A stretch of DNA of 64,000 nt, taken from Chiloscyllium plagiosum. Lineage: Eukaryota. Position 1 is the first letter of the stretch. Each line of letters opens with the position of its first letter. The notes beneath the pieces were generated by a model, which was not told where the DNA came from, ran no database searches, and saw only the letters and a list, made by a program, of their open reading frames with translations. The DNA lies in the NCBI RefSeq assembly GCF_004010195.1, contig NC_057750.1, positions 19,348,222 to 19,412,221 of the forward strand, in the 5' to 3' direction. The translations under genes and the position numbers were made by a program. Of this stretch, positions 1 to 12,762 are shown piece by piece.

Positions 1-451
1 CTGTGTGGCGTTCTCGGCCTGGCCCTGTGTGGTGTTCTCAGCCTGGCCCTGTGTGGTGTTCTCGGCTTGCCACTGTGTGGCGTTCTCAGCCCGGCCCTAT
101 GTGGCGTTCTCGGCCCAGCCCTGTGTGGCGTTCTTGGCCGGGCCCTTTGTGGTGTTCTTGGCCCAGCCCTGTGTGGCGTTCTCGGCCCAACCCTGAGTGG
201 TGTACTTGGCCCAGCCCTGTGTGGCGTTCCCGGCCCGGTCCTATGTGGCATTCTCGGCCCAGCCCTGCGTGGCGTTCTCGGCCTGGCCCTGTGTGGTATT
301 CTCGGCCTGACCCTGTGTGATGTCCTCGTCCTGGCCCTGTCTGGCGTTCTCGGCCTGGCCCTGTGTGGCGTTCTCGGCCTGGCCCTGTCTGGCGCTCTCG
401 GCCTGGCCCTGTGTGGCGTTCTCGGCCTGGCCCTTTGTGGTGTTCTCTGCC
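1..451. repeat. GC-rich minisatellite, 24-bp unit (ctgtgtggcgttctcggcctggcc)
   Basis: Direct tandem repeats from the window start into the assembly gap. Confidence 0.95.
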
Positions 452-951
452 NNNNNNNNNNNNNNNNNNNNNNNNNNNNNNNNNNNNNNNNNNNNNNNNN
501 NNNNNNNNNNNNNNNNNNNNNNNNNNNNNNNNNNNNNNNNNNNNNNNNNNNNNNNNNNNNNNNNNNNNNNNNNNNNNNNNNNNNNNNNNNNNNNNNNNNN
601 NNNNNNNNNNNNNNNNNNNNNNNNNNNNNNNNNNNNNNNNNNNNNNNNNNNNNNNNNNNNNNNNNNNNNNNNNNNNNNNNNNNNNNNNNNNNNNNNNNNN
701 NNNNNNNNNNNNNNNNNNNNNNNNNNNNNNNNNNNNNNNNNNNNNNNNNNNNNNNNNNNNNNNNNNNNNNNNNNNNNNNNNNNNNNNNNNNNNNNNNNNN
801 NNNNNNNNNNNNNNNNNNNNNNNNNNNNNNNNNNNNNNNNNNNNNNNNNNNNNNNNNNNNNNNNNNNNNNNNNNNNNNNNNNNNNNNNNNNNNNNNNNNN
901 NNNNNNNNNNNNNNNNNNNNNNNNNNNNNNNNNNNNNNNNNNNNNNNNNNN
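452..951. other. assembly gap
   Basis: Run of N. Confidence 1.
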
Positions 952-1270
952 GGTAATACAACAGAATGAATAATACACTGTTACAGCTGCAGGGAAGGTG
1001 CACAAAGACCAAGATCAACATTAAATGTAAAATTTGAACGGTCCATTTAGGAGTTTAATAACAGCAGAGAAGAAGCTGTTTTTGAATTTGTTGACACATA
1101 CATTTAAACTTTTGTATCTTCCGCCTGACGGAATTGGAAGAGATTATAATCGGGGTGGAGGGGTCTTTGATAATGTTCCTGCCGCAGCAAGAAATGTAAA
1201 TGGGGTCAGTGGATGGAAGGTTGGCTTTGAAATAGACTGGGCTGTGTTCATAACTTTCTGTAGTTTCTTG
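952..1270 (-). mobile_element. 3' fragment of a Rex1/Babar-like LINE
   Basis: Minus-strand remnant reading approximately PSGGRYKSLN..TNSKTASS / KNSFFSAVIKLLN, resembling the LPSGRRYRS..RNSFFP.AIRLLN C-terminal motif. Confidence 0.5.
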
Positions 1271-1340
1271 CACTGTAACATGACTTGTCAATTTTTAAAA
1301 TCTATGCTGTGGTTCTGTTCGCCGAGCTGGAAGTTTTTGT

Positions 1341-1382
1341 TGCAAACGTTTCGTCCCCTGGCTAGGCGACATCATCAGTGCT
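1341..1382 (-). ncRNA. minimal hammerhead ribozyme motif in the PLE pLTR
   Basis: Minus strand reads GCA-CTGATGA-T-GTCGCCTAGCCAGGGGAC-GAAAC-GTT-TGC: conserved core, stem II, palindromic AACGTT stem III and a 3-bp stem I (GCA/TGC). Confidence 0.75.
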
Positions 1383-1786
1383 TGGGAGCCTCCTGCGAAG
1401 CACTTCTTTGATGTTTCCTCCGGTGTTCATAGTGGTCTGTCCCTGCCGCTTCCGGTTGTCAGTTTCAGCTGTCCACTGTAGTGGTTGGTATATTGGGTCC
1501 AGGTCGATGTGTTTGTTGATGGAGTTTGTGGATGAATGCCATGCCTCTAGGAATTCCCTGGCTGTTCTCTGTCTGGCTTGACCTGTGATAGTAGTGTTGT
1601 CCCAGTCGAATTCATGTTGCTAGAGGCATGGCATTCATCCACAAACACATCGACCTGGACCCAATATACCAACCACTACAGCGGACAGCTGAAACTGACA
1701 ACCGGAAGCGGCAGGGACAGACCAATATAAACACCGGAGGAAACATCAAAGAAGCGCTTCGCAGCAGGCTCCCAAGCACTGATGAT

Positions 1787-2277
1787 NNNNNNNNNNNNNN
1801 NNNNNNNNNNNNNNNNNNNNNNNNNNNNNNNNNNNNNNNNNNNNNNNNNNNNNNNNNNNNNNNNNNNNNNNNNNNNNNNNNNNNNNNNNNNNNNNNNNNN
1901 NNNNNNNNNNNNNNNNNNNNNNNNNNNNNNNNNNNNNNNNNNNNNNNNNNNNNNNNNNNNNNNNNNNNNNNNNNNNNNNNNNNNNNNNNNNNNNNNNNNN
2001 NNNNNNNNNNNNNNNNNNNNNNNNNNNNNNNNNNNNNNNNNNNNNNNNNNNNNNNNNNNNNNNNNNNNNNNNNNNNNNNNNNNNNNNNNNNNNNNNNNNN
2101 NNNNNNNNNNNNNNNNNNNNNNNNNNNNNNNNNNNNNNNNNNNNNNNNNNNNNNNNNNNNNNNNNNNNNNNNNNNNNNNNNNNNNNNNNNNNNNNNNNNN
2201 NNNNNNNNNNNNNNNNNNNNNNNNNNNNNNNNNNNNNNNNNNNNNNNNNNNNNNNNNNNNNNNNNNNNNNNNNNNNN
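1787..2277. other. assembly gap
   Basis: Run of N inside the PLE. Confidence 1.
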
Positions 2278-2702
2278 GTTCTGTTGATTTGTTCGTATAT
2301 CTGGTTGTTGAATGTGAAGTGTGTTGTGAGGCACAAGTCCAGTAGTTTAAGTATGCCTTCTTTGTTGATAGGTTCAGCGTCCTGTTTTCTGTTCTGACTG
2401 TCCAGTAGGTTGGCTATTGTTTCTCTGGCTAGGGTTTTGTCAATCGAAGTGAACAGTGCCGTCACGTCGAATGATATCATGGTTTCTTCTTTGTCTATGT
2501 GTATATTTCTGATGATGTCCAAGAATTCCTGTGTTGATTGTATAGAGTGTTTGGATCTGCTGACCAGGTGTTTCAGTTTCTGTTGTAGTTCTTTGGCCAG
2601 TTTGTATGATGGTGTCCCTGGTAGTGATACTATGGGTCTGAGTGATACTATGGGTCTGAGCACCCGAGCTACAAATCTTCGCACAAACTTTAAAATCTAT
2701 GC

Positions 2703-3810
2703 CCGGACCAATGAAGGCAATATACCTTCTTGACCACCTTATCCACTTTAGTTGCCACTTTCATGGAATTATGGACATGCATGGCCAGATCCCTCTGTAT
2801 GTTGATGCTATGAAGAGCTTTGCCAGATGGATCTGTGCATGCGGGTCCACAGTTCCCGAAAAGTGGCAACACAGGTGGCCAAGGTGAGTAGAAGGCATAC
2901 GGCATGCTTGCCTTCATTGGCCAGGCTTGGAGTACAAGAGTTGGCAAACCATGCTGCAGCGATGTAAAACCCTTGTTAGGCCTCATTTGGAGTATTGTGT
3001 GCAGTTTTCATTGCCACGTTACCAGAAGGACGTGGAAACTTTGGAGAGAGTGCAGTGAAGATTCACCAAGATGTTGCCTGGTCTCGAGGGCAATGGCTAT
3101 GAGGAAAGGTTAAAAAGACTAGGATTGTTTTCACTGGAAAGATGGCAGCTTAGAGGAGACCTGATAAAGGTCTGCACAATTATAAGAGGCATAGATAGGG
3201 CGGAGAGTCAGAGGCTTTTTCCCAGGGTTGAAGTTTCAATTACAAGGTGGTACAGGTTCAAGATGAGAGGGGGCAAGTTTGAGGGAGATGTGCGAAGGTT
3301 GTTTTTCACACAGAGAATGGTCGGAACCTGGAACACACTGTCGGAAGAGCTGGTGGAAGCAAGCACAATGGTGACTTTTAAGTGGCATCTGAATGGTTAC
3401 ATGAATAAGGAGCAAATAGAGGGATGCCCACCGAATAAGGGCAGAAGGTTGTTTTTGAGTTTAGTTAGGGCATGATGATTGGCATAGGCTTGGAGGGTCG
3501 AAGCGCCTGTTCCTGTGCTGTATTTCTCTTTTGTATTTACTATGTACTTCCGTCCTGCATTAGGTCTTCCAAAATGCATCACCCCACATTTGTCCGGATT
3601 AAACTCTAGCTGCCGTTTCTCTGCTCAGGTCTCCAGCCTGTCTATATCTTGCTGTATGCTTTGGCAATCCTCCTCACTATCAACAGCTCCCCTAATGTCT
3701 GTGTCATCTGCAAACTAATCGGGCCACCTAAATTCTCCTCCAGGTTTATTATGGACAGTACAAGCAACAGGGATCCCAGCACCAATCCCTGTGGAACACC
3801 ACTGATCCCA
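2703..3810. mobile_element. CR1/HER1 LINE fragments (plus-strand 3' end at about 2830-3530 between minus-strand pieces)
   Basis: ORF 3071-3475 reads YEERLKRLGLFSLERWQLRGDLIKV...FFTQRMVGTWNTL, the CR1 ORF2 C-terminus. Confidence 0.85.
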
Positions 3811-4117
3811 GACAGAAACACAGTTCACTGAATTGGTTCTGTGGGAGAAGCCAACTGTGTTTCATGTCTTGGAATGAATCCACTGAACTGAAGGCCTGTA
3901 TGGACTTGGCTTAAGTTCAGAGTTAAATGGCAATCATTGGAAGTTAACCTGCATGAAAGCCATACGTTTGTTGTGGTATTGATACTGCTTCGACTCTCTC
4001 CTTGTACTGATGACTATCCCTCTCTAGGAAACATAAACCTAAAACACAGTGCAGGAATCACACTGGTTTAGCTTCACTTGTCTTTATAAGTGGATCACTG
4101 GACTCTTTTGAATCGAT

Positions 4118-4449
4118 GGGCGGCACGGTGGCACAGTGGTTAGCACTGCTGCCTCACAGCGCCTGAGACCCGGGTTCAATTCCCGCCTCAGGCGACTGAC
4201 TGTGTGGAGTTTGCACGTTCTCCCCGTGTCTGCGTGGGTTCCCGGGAAACCGGGTGCTCCGGTTTCCTCCCACAGTCCAAAAAAAAGATGTGCAGGGTCA
4301 GGTGAATTGGCCATGCTAAATTGCCCGTAGTGTTAGGTAAGGGGTAAATGTAGGGGTATGGGTGGGTTTCGCTTCGGCGGGTCGGTGTGGACTTGTTGGG
4401 CCGAAGGGCTTTTTTCCATACTGTAATGTAATCTAATCTAATCTAATCT
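4118..4449 (+). mobile_element. HE1-type tRNA-derived SINE, full length
   Basis: Head gggcggcacggtggcacagtggttagc with A/B boxes (ggttcaattcc), central gtgtggagtttgcacgttctcccc domain, and (aatct)n tail. Confidence 0.9.
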
Positions 4450-5189
4450 GTTACTCACACTTTCATTCTTCAGCCAACGATTGGGTTTCATTTGTAACTG
4501 TAATGCCCAATTTAGAATGCAGCCACACAGCACAGGATGATCCCAGGCTTGATTCCTGACCAGCACTGAGTTTATGGTCCTTTATGGTTGAGGGAATCTT
4601 GTGTGGGAAAGAAGAGACAGGGAAAAGATAGGAGAGGCATAGGATAGGTAAGGGGTAGACAGTGGCAGGAGGAAGAAGGGAGGGGAAGCAGCAACTCCAC
4701 AGCTAAGAACTCTTGGCTACTCAGACCTGATCGTGGTCTCAAATGCATGTGTAGGTTGAGTCGAAAGGTGACTGTAAAATTACTGCTAACGTTTGCTACT
4801 GACTGTGGTTACAGATAGAGTCTCACGCTGAGGTCAAGGGGCACATCATTAGGCCACAAATCAGAAATTTTTTCCAGTAACCTCTGTCAGAGATACTGCA
4901 GCAAGCCTATTCCCCATCTACAAGGCACAAGTCAGGTGTGTGATGAAATATTCCCCAATGTCCAACTCTCTCTCCGCTTTTACATCATTTGCTGGAAAAT
5001 AAAATTAAAATAGTTAGATGCTTGATTTTGACGAGCTAGATAGAAGGGCCAAAGGGTTACAGAAAGAGTCTCACAGACAGATGAGGGGTGGAGCTGGAGA
5101 AAGAAAGGTGCCTGTAGTACAAAGCTCACCCAGTGATGGGACCAGTTTTGAAGCATTATTGGACAATATGGTGATCTAGAAAAGTCTTA

Positions 5190-7130
5190 AACATGGGTTT
5201 GGAATGTACATAACCATGCATAGCTTCAAATGCGATGTATCTCCATATTGGCTTATCTGGCTAATGTCAATGTGGACCTCGTGTTTTTGCAGGAGTGCTG
5301 GTTACCACAGCTCAGCACCTACAGGAAATGGTTCAGCTTGGATGCCCATGTGCCTTTAATTTGGTCAGGGAGTAATGATTGCCATTGCTCCAGCCATCCT
5401 TCAGCTCCCACTGCTACTCATGAAATCCAGGCCGGTCATTCTGGCTGGAGACTTCAACTGTATCATTGATGCAGATGGACAATCCAGAGGGTGCTGGCAG
5501 CAAATGGATGCCATGTCCCGATTCTTGACGATAATAGTTAAAGTTGCCAGATTGCACGGTATCTTCAGTTCCCCTGCGGCACATACACCTTGACGTGGTC
5601 AGCTGGGTCCATCTGCTCAAGGATAGACTTCGTGTTTGTGCCTGAGCATGCTCAGTCAAATCCACTGATGTTAAGCCAGTGTTCTTCTCTGACTGCTGCC
5701 TCCTGCTGGCTGATTTATCACATACAGGATGACCAGTGGACCATCAAGGGAGGCTGAACACGAAACCTTGACCCCAGAAAATATTGAGGAACTCAAAGAG
5801 GCTTACATAAGTTCGAGAAAGCCCTTTTTGAATCTCCAGTGGAATGGTGGGAAACAGTCAAGGGTAGCATCAAAAGGTCCTTCATCCTCAAAGGCGTTCA
5901 GAAAGTCAGGGAGTGAAGGATAAAGTTGTCCAAACTCCAGAAAATCAGGCAGAACCTACTCCTGCTGTCGACAATGGAGGTCAATGTCACCGAGGATATC
6001 CAGGAGGTGAACAGACAGCAAGTCTTGCTCTTTGCACAGGAGGCCTCCAAGATAATCTTCTGGTTTCTAAAGGGACACAATGTACAAGGATCTGGATAAT
6101 GAAGTGGCCCTCATCCTGGTGGCCACTTTAGTGTGTAGCTGCATCATGCAAACACCAAGTGTTAACTACATACTGAGGCTCTACCTGTCCTCACTGTTAC
6201 AAAGGATGGGTTTGGCCATGGTGCCTCCAAGTATAGTTGGACCATTCCCTATCACCTGTCCTTCGGGGATGGATTTGCAAAGAGAAACATCTTTTTGAGC
6301 GTAAGTCCACCAGGTGGTGGTCAACACATGGTGTCTTCGAGACCCTGAGTGTAAAGGAGAGGGTGGATCCTGTTCCCTGAGCAGACTGGCCAAGTCATTT
6401 GCAAGAATGTCTCTGCCAGAATTTTCCAACAAAAACCACGACTTAGCTTGGCTGGTGGTGAGAAGGGCACTGCCACACAGGTTCTGTGTGCCACCACGCA
6501 CTGCCCTTGAAGCAGCTGTGCTGGTGAAGACACTGTCACATATCTCTTTCTGGGATGTGCCTTTGCAAAGAAGACTTGGCGGGAGATACAGTGGTTTTCT
6601 ATTAAGGTTCATCCTGAACAGCTGAGTGATGCAGGATTCTGTGCTGTCTGGCCTGTTCCCCAGGACACACACCGAGACAAAAATCGACCGTACCTGGAGG
6701 ACCATCAACTTGATGAAAGATATCGTTTGGTTTGTCCGAAACTTGTTGGTCTTTCAGTGTAAAGAGTTGAATTTAACTGAGTGCTGAGATTAGAGTGGTG
6801 CTGGAAAAGCACAGCAGGTCAGGCAGCATCCGAGGAGCAGAAAAATTGACATTTCGGGTTTTGCCTGAAACGACGATTTTTTTTTCCCTGCTCGTCAGAT
6901 GCAGCCTGACCTGCTGTGCTTTTCTCGCACCACTCTAATCTTGATTCTAATCTCCAGCGTCTGTGGTACCCATCTCCGCTTCGACTAAGTGTTGCAGACT
7001 AGCATATTCCAAGGTCCAGTACTGCGTGCTGAGGAATGCACTAAAGTTTGGGCCAGCTGCTGCCAAAATTCAGTGGAGAAAGACCACTGTCTAAGGTCTT
7101 CCTGCCAAAGTATAATGAGGGTCTGTTCCT
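5190..7130 (+). mobile_element. degenerate Tx1/L1-clade LINE with most of the RT deleted
   Basis: APE endonuclease motifs DLVFLQEC, VILAGDFNCIID, RIDFVF and FFSD, plus the C-terminal segment LPEFSNKNHDLAWLVVRRALP. Many frameshifts. Confidence 0.75.
6786..6982. mobile_element. palindromic PLE-derived mini-element nested in the Tx1-like LINE
   Basis: Inverted arms gattagagtggtgctggaaaagcacagcaggtcagg / cctgacctgctgtgcttttctcgcaccactctaatc, with degenerate flanking repeat actgagtgctg / actaagtgttg. Confidence 0.75.
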
Positions 7131-7894
7131 CAATATATGTAAATAGAGTCCTGCATGAGTAAGAAATGCCTTTGGTTTTTGCTACTGGAGGGAATGTCAA
7201 AGTCCAATGTTTGTTTATCTTGACACAGCAAGATGGAGTACAGAACAGCTCTACTACCTATGAATGCCCATAGAGTTTTTTTTATGGGTAATGTGTATTT
7301 TTGCAGTAAAAAAACATCACTTAAGCAAGGGCAAGAGCTCAGCTCTTCCAGAATATTCCTCAGCCACTTCAAATTGTCGTTACTTGTACTAAATTACAAA
7401 TCCCAAACCTGTGTATCTATCTGCAGCCAGCCAGCATCTCTTTAATTAGCCACAGTATTTTTAAACCCAGTCAAATTAAACTCCGGACTGTCTCATCAAG
7501 GAAACTCTTCATTGGCTGTGAATTACTGTTTCTGTACCTTAACGCAGTTTTATTTGATATAGAGTGAGCTGTAGTTTTGTGGAGAAAATTGCCGCTTCTG
7601 GCGCTGCCATCTCGGGAATCAGGGAGTGAAACCGAACCATGCCTAGGGTGGACAAAAAGATGCTGTGACATTAATCTTAAAAGCAGTGCCGACATTAGTT
7701 TTCCTCTGCATCTAAGTCAATAGTCATCCCTTAATTAATAGCACAAAAACTGATTGCTATCTCATTGCTGTTTGTGATTTCACTCTGCATAAAGTAGTTG
7801 CCATGTCTTTTAGCACAGTGACTAAAATGGAGTAGCAGTGACTCAGGAGTAGAATCTAGTGTCCCAATTGATGGTCTGAGGACATGTTTGAATC

Positions 7895-10520
7895 TGTCAC
7901 AGATACACTCATGCACGCTCTGTCACAGATACTCACACTCACTCTGTCACGCATACTCACGCTCACTCTCTGTCATGGATACACACACTCACTCTGTCAC
8001 GGATACTCACACACACTACCTGTCACGGATACTCACGCTCACTCTCTGTCATGGATACACACACTCACTCTGTCACGGATACTCACACACTCTGTCACGG
8101 ATAATCACGCTCACTCTCTGTCACGGATACTCACGCTCACTCTCTGTCATGGATACACACACTCACACTGTCACGGATACTCGCGCTCACTTTCTATCAC
8201 GGATACTCACATACACTCCCTGTCACGGATGCTCACGCTCACTCTCTGTCATGGATACACACACTCACACTGTCACGGATACTCACGCTCACTCTCTGTC
8301 ACGGATACACTCACTCTCTGTCACGGATACACTCACTCTCTGTCACGGATACTCACACTCACTCTCTGTCACGGATACTCACGCTCACTCTCTATCACGG
8401 ATACTCACATACACTCCCTGTCACGGATGCTCACGCTCACTCTCTGTCAGGGATACTCACACTCACTCTCTGTTGGGGATACTCATGCTCACTCCCTGTC
8501 GCGGATACTCACGCTCACTCTCTGTTGTGGATACTCACGCTCACTCCCTGTCGTGGATACTCACGCTCACTCCCTGTCGCGGATACTCACGCTCACTCCC
8601 TGTCGCGGATACTCACGCTCACTCCCTGTCGCGGATACTCACGCTCACTCTCTGTTGCGGATACTCACGCTCACTCTCGTTGTGGATACTCACGCTCACT
8701 CCCTGTCGTGGATACTCACGCTCACTCCCTGTCGCGGATACTCACGCTCACTCTCTGTCACGGATACTCACGCTCACTCTCTGTTGCAGATACTCATGCT
8801 CACTCCCTGTCGCGGATACTCATGCTCACTCCCTGTCGCGAATACTCATGCTCACTCCCTGTCGCAGATGCTCATGCTCATTCCCTGTCGCGGATACTCA
8901 CGCTCACTCCCTGTCACGGATACTCATGTTCACTCCCTGTCGCGGATACTCACGCTCACTCTCTGTCATGGATACTCACGCTCACTCCCTGTCACGGATA
9001 CTCACGCTCACTCCCTGTCGTGCATACTCACGCTCACTCCCTGTCGCGTATACTCACGCTCACTCTCTGTCACGGATACTCACGCTCACTCTCTGTTGCA
9101 GATACTCATGCTCACTCCCTGTCGCGGATACTCATGCTCACTCCCTGTCGCGGATAATCATGCTCATTCCCTGTCGCTGATACTCATGCTCACTCCCTGT
9201 CGCGGATACTCACGCTCACTCTCTGTTGTGGATACTCACGCTCACTCCCTGTCACGGATACTCACGCTCACTCCCTGTCGTGGATACTCGCGCTCACTCC
9301 CTGTCGCTGATACTCACACTCACTCCCTGTCGTGGATACTCTCGCTCATTCCCTGTCGCTGATACTCATGCTCACTCCCTGTCGCGGATACTCACGCTCA
9401 CTCTCTGTCGCGGATACTCACGCTCACTCTCTGTCGCAGATACTCACGCTCACTCCCTGTCACGGATACTCACGCTCATTCCCTGTCGCTGATACTCACT
9501 CCCTGTCGCGGATACTCACGCTCACTCCCTGTCGCGGATACTCACGCTCATTCCCTGTCGCTGATACTCACGCTCACACTTTGTCGTGGATACTCACGCT
9601 CACTCTCTGTTACGGATACTCACGCTCACTCTTTGTCGTGGATACTCACGCAAACTCTCTGTCGCAGCTACTCACGCTCACTCTTTCACAAATACACTCA
9701 CTCTCTGTCATGGATACTCACGCTCACTCCATTGTGAATACCCACGCTGACTCCCTGTTGCGGACACTCACGCTCACTCTCTGTCGCGGATACTCACGCT
9801 CACACTCTGCCGCGGATACTCAAGCTCACTCTCTGCCACGGATACTCAAGCTCACTCTCTGCCACGGATACTCACGCTCATTCTCTGTCGCGGATGCTCA
9901 CACTCACTCTCTGTTGCGAATACTCACGCTCACTCCCTGTCACAAATACTCATGCTCACTCTCTGTCGCGGATACTTCACTCACTCTCTGTCGCGGATAC
10001 TCACGCTCACACTCTGCCGCGGATACTCAAGCTCACTCTCTGCCACGGATACTCACGCTCACTCTGTCGTGGATACTCACGCTCACTCTCTGTTGCGGAT
10101 ATTCACGCTCACTCTCTGTCGCGAATACTCACGCTCACTCTCTGTCGTGGATACTCACGCTCACTCCCTGTCGCGGATATTCACGCTCACTCTCTGTCGC
10201 GAATACTCACGCTCACTCTCTGTCACGGATACTCACGCTCACTCTGTCGTGGATACTCACGCTCATTCTCTGTCGCGGATACTCATGCTCACTCTCTGTT
10301 GCGGATACTCACGCTCACTCTCTGTCACAAATACTCACGCTCAATCTCTGTCGCGGACACTCACGCTCACTCTGTCGTGTATACTCACGCTCACTCTCTG
10401 TTGCGGATACTTAGGCTCACTCTCTGTCGTGGATACAAACACTCACTCTCTGTCGTGGATATTCAAGCTCACTCCCTGTCACAGATACTCACGCTCACTC
10501 TCTGTCACATATATTCACTC
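7895..10520. repeat. 2.6-kb minisatellite, 26-bp unit (ggatactcacgctcactccctgtcgc)
   Basis: About 100 tandem units, most homogeneous in the centre. Confidence 0.95.
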
Positions 10521-11129
10521 GGTGCCTTGCTACACTCCACAGTCACCATTATTGGTGTGGGAGTCGGAAGCCCAACACTTTGGCAGCTAACCTCACTGGG
10601 CATCACAACCCAGGGAACTTAGGGAAGTCCTGCTGTAAAGGGCAGGATAATTGATACTTGGTAAAACATAGTTTCCTTAAGAATGGTCCATAATGAACGA
10701 CCCTGTATACATGTTTTGCACAATTGCATTTTTCTTTATAAGATTAATTGGTTATGTGTTGAATGTATACGGTGTGAATTGGATTGGAAATACTGTAAGT
10801 TGACATGATGTATGTGGGGGCCATGGGATGATAGAAAGTTTATAGGTTAGCATGGTGTGTAGCAGGGGCTATGGGATGAATGGTTCGATGGCCTGAGTTT
10901 AGATGGGAGTGTGTGGAGAGGGATAAAGGTGAGGGGGTTTGTTTCCCATTTTATTGCTTTTATTGCACGTGGGACGAAGTCCAAGAGAAGCAATCTGTGT
11001 TACAAAGTGTCAGACAATGACCATCATGAATAAGAGAGAATCCAATGATTCTCATCATATAAATACAAAAGCAAGGGCAGAGGCTATGAATCTTGCAGTA
11101 ACTGATCTCTTGATTCCACAAAGCCTATT

Positions 11130-11790
11130 CACCATCTAAAAAGTACAGGTAAGGAACATGATGGAAGAGGCTCCATTTGCCTGGATGAGTACAGCTCTAA
11201 CAGCACTCAATAAGCTTGACACCCTCCTATGAAACAAACAACTACACGTGTTGAGATCGAGAACAAAAACAGAAATTGCTGGTGAGACTGAGCACTGGTG
11301 GAAAGAAAGCAGAGTTAACATTTCAAGTCCGTGACTCTTCATCAGAAGATTTGCACCATCCAGGAGTCAAAAACAACACTTATTGGCACCACATCCACAC
11401 CCTCCACTACAGCAGCAGTGTGTACTATCTGGAACGTGCATTACCACAACTCACTCAGGCTCCTTGCTCAGCTCCTTCCAATCCCATGACCACTTCGATC
11501 TAGAAGAAGCGTTACCACAACTCACCCAGGCTCCTTAGTCAGCTCCTTCTAATCCCATGACCACTACAATCTAGAAGGACAAGGGGAGCAAACACATGGG
11601 AACACCACCATTTGCAACTTCCCAGCCAGGTCACTCACCTAACTTGGAAATATATCGCCATCCCTTTAATGACCTGGGGTCAAAATCCTGGAACTCCCTC
11701 ACTCATGGCATTGTGGGTCTATCCACAGGACATGGACTGCAGCTGTAGCAATGGACAACAAATGCTGACCCATTCCCTTGAATGAATTAG
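11130..11790 (+). mobile_element. 3' fragment of an L2/CR1-group LINE (KAQVRSVME..LAWMS..KKLDTIQ type)
   Basis: The same motif recurs at about 4905, 16378 and on the minus strand at about 60640-61650. Contains a 71-bp tandem duplication at 11441-11580. Confidence 0.65.
11255..11348 (-). mobile_element. PLE-derived fragment with hammerhead-like core
   Basis: Minus strand reads CTGATGA-AGAGTC-ACG-GACTT-GAAA-TGTTAAC; same family as 37420-37582. Confidence 0.65.
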
Positions 11791-11829
11791 GCCTTCTTGA
11801 TCTATCCACCTTCTATCTTAACTAACATT

Positions 11830-12150
11830 AGGGGAGGTGATGGCCTAGTTGTAGTTCTGGGACCTGGATTCGATTCCCGCCAAGGCAGATAATGGAATTT
11901 GAATTCAGTTAAAAAAAGGCTTGAATTAAGAGTCTGATGGTGACCATGAAACTCTGTCAATTGTCAGAAAAGCCCATCTGGTTTACTAATGTCCTTTAGG
12001 GAAGGAAACTGCCATCCTTACCTGGTCTGGCCTACATGTGACTCCAGACCCACAGCAATGTGGTTGACTGTTAACTGCCCTCTGGGTAATTAGGGATGGG
12101 TAATGACTGCTGCCTGGACAGCGACGCTCTGATTCTGAGAATAAACCTTT
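11830..12150 (+). mobile_element. second tRNA-derived SINE family
   Basis: Head gggaggtgatggcctagt..ggattcgattccc. The body aaacccatctggtt..gggaaggaaa..ctacatgtgactccagacccacagcaatgtgg recurs elsewhere in the window. Confidence 0.75.
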
Positions 12151-12334
12151 AAGAAAACCCCACGCTGAGCTCCTTATGCCAGACAAGATGCAGAATTGTA
12201 AGTTTGCTCCAGGATTCCAAAGCCAGGCCAGCTGGTCAGTCATGGGCCTTCCCACCCAGAACATCATTTCCGAGCTGGAGAAAAAGAGATGGTTATATTC
12301 CCACTGTCAAGCTGCCTGATCAGGCGCCCTTCCT

Positions 12335-12762
12335 GGTTGAAAGCGAGGACTGCAGATGTTGCAGATCAGAGTCAAAATTAGAGTCGTGCTGGAAAGGCAC
12401 AGCAGGTCAGGCAGCATGTAAGGAGCAGGAAAATTGACATTTCAGTCAGGAGCCTTTCAGGAATGAGGCTGGGAGCCTCTGGGGTGGAGAGATAAATCAC
12501 ATTGATGCCCTGGGGTTGAAGTGTTCCGAGGCGGAAGATGAGGCATGCTTCCTCCAGGCATCGGGTGGTGAGGGAGTGGCGATTGAGGGGGCCCAGGACC
12601 TGCATGTCCTTGGCAGAGTGGGAGGGGGAGTTGAAATGTTTGGCCACGGGGTAGTAGGGTCGATTGGAGCGGGTGTCCTGGAGATGTCCCCTAAAGCTGT
12701 CTGGGCCTCCTCCATTGCCACTCCCTCACCACCCGATGCCTGGACGAAGAACGCCTCATGTC
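12335..12762 (-). mobile_element. Penelope-like element 3' fragment (GIY-YIG C-terminus plus pLTR) with a short inversion
   Basis: ORF 12378-12647 reads AKHFNSPSHSAKDMQVLG...LEEACLIFRLGTLQPQGIN. Positions 12700-12760 are an inverted copy of part of it. Confidence 0.75.

Larger units (their letters stand above)
1308..2688 (-). mobile_element. Penelope-like retroelement (RT fragment, C-terminal endonuclease/pLTR, inverted pLTR copy)
   Basis: Minus-strand ORF RPIVSLPGTPSYKLAKEL...MISFDVTALFTSID...LCLTTHFTFNNQIYEQ is a PLE RT segment. The C-terminal part reads HEFDWDNTTI...AREFLEAWHS. An inverted copy lies at about 1620-1786. A 14-bp direct repeat tttaaaatctatgc flanks the element at 1294-1307 and 2689-2702. 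Confidence 0.85.

Noticed and set aside
3..2345. ORFs of 190-310 aa containing X runs
   Set aside because: They are artefacts of N gaps and the 24-bp repeat. Only the PLE RT segment is meaningful.
4118..4190. tRNA gene
   Set aside because: This is the tRNA-derived head of an HE1 SINE, continuing into the SINE body and tail; the same applies to the other copies.
7598..7618. CTCF-like motif (minus strand cccgagatggcagcgcc)
   Set aside because: It is only a partial consensus match and cannot be supported without a PWM scan or ChIP data.
7884..10622. Long ORFs up to 492 aa, rich in His, Thr, Cys and Ser
   Set aside because: They are translations of a stop-poor 26-bp minisatellite, open in several overlapping frames and without gene structure.
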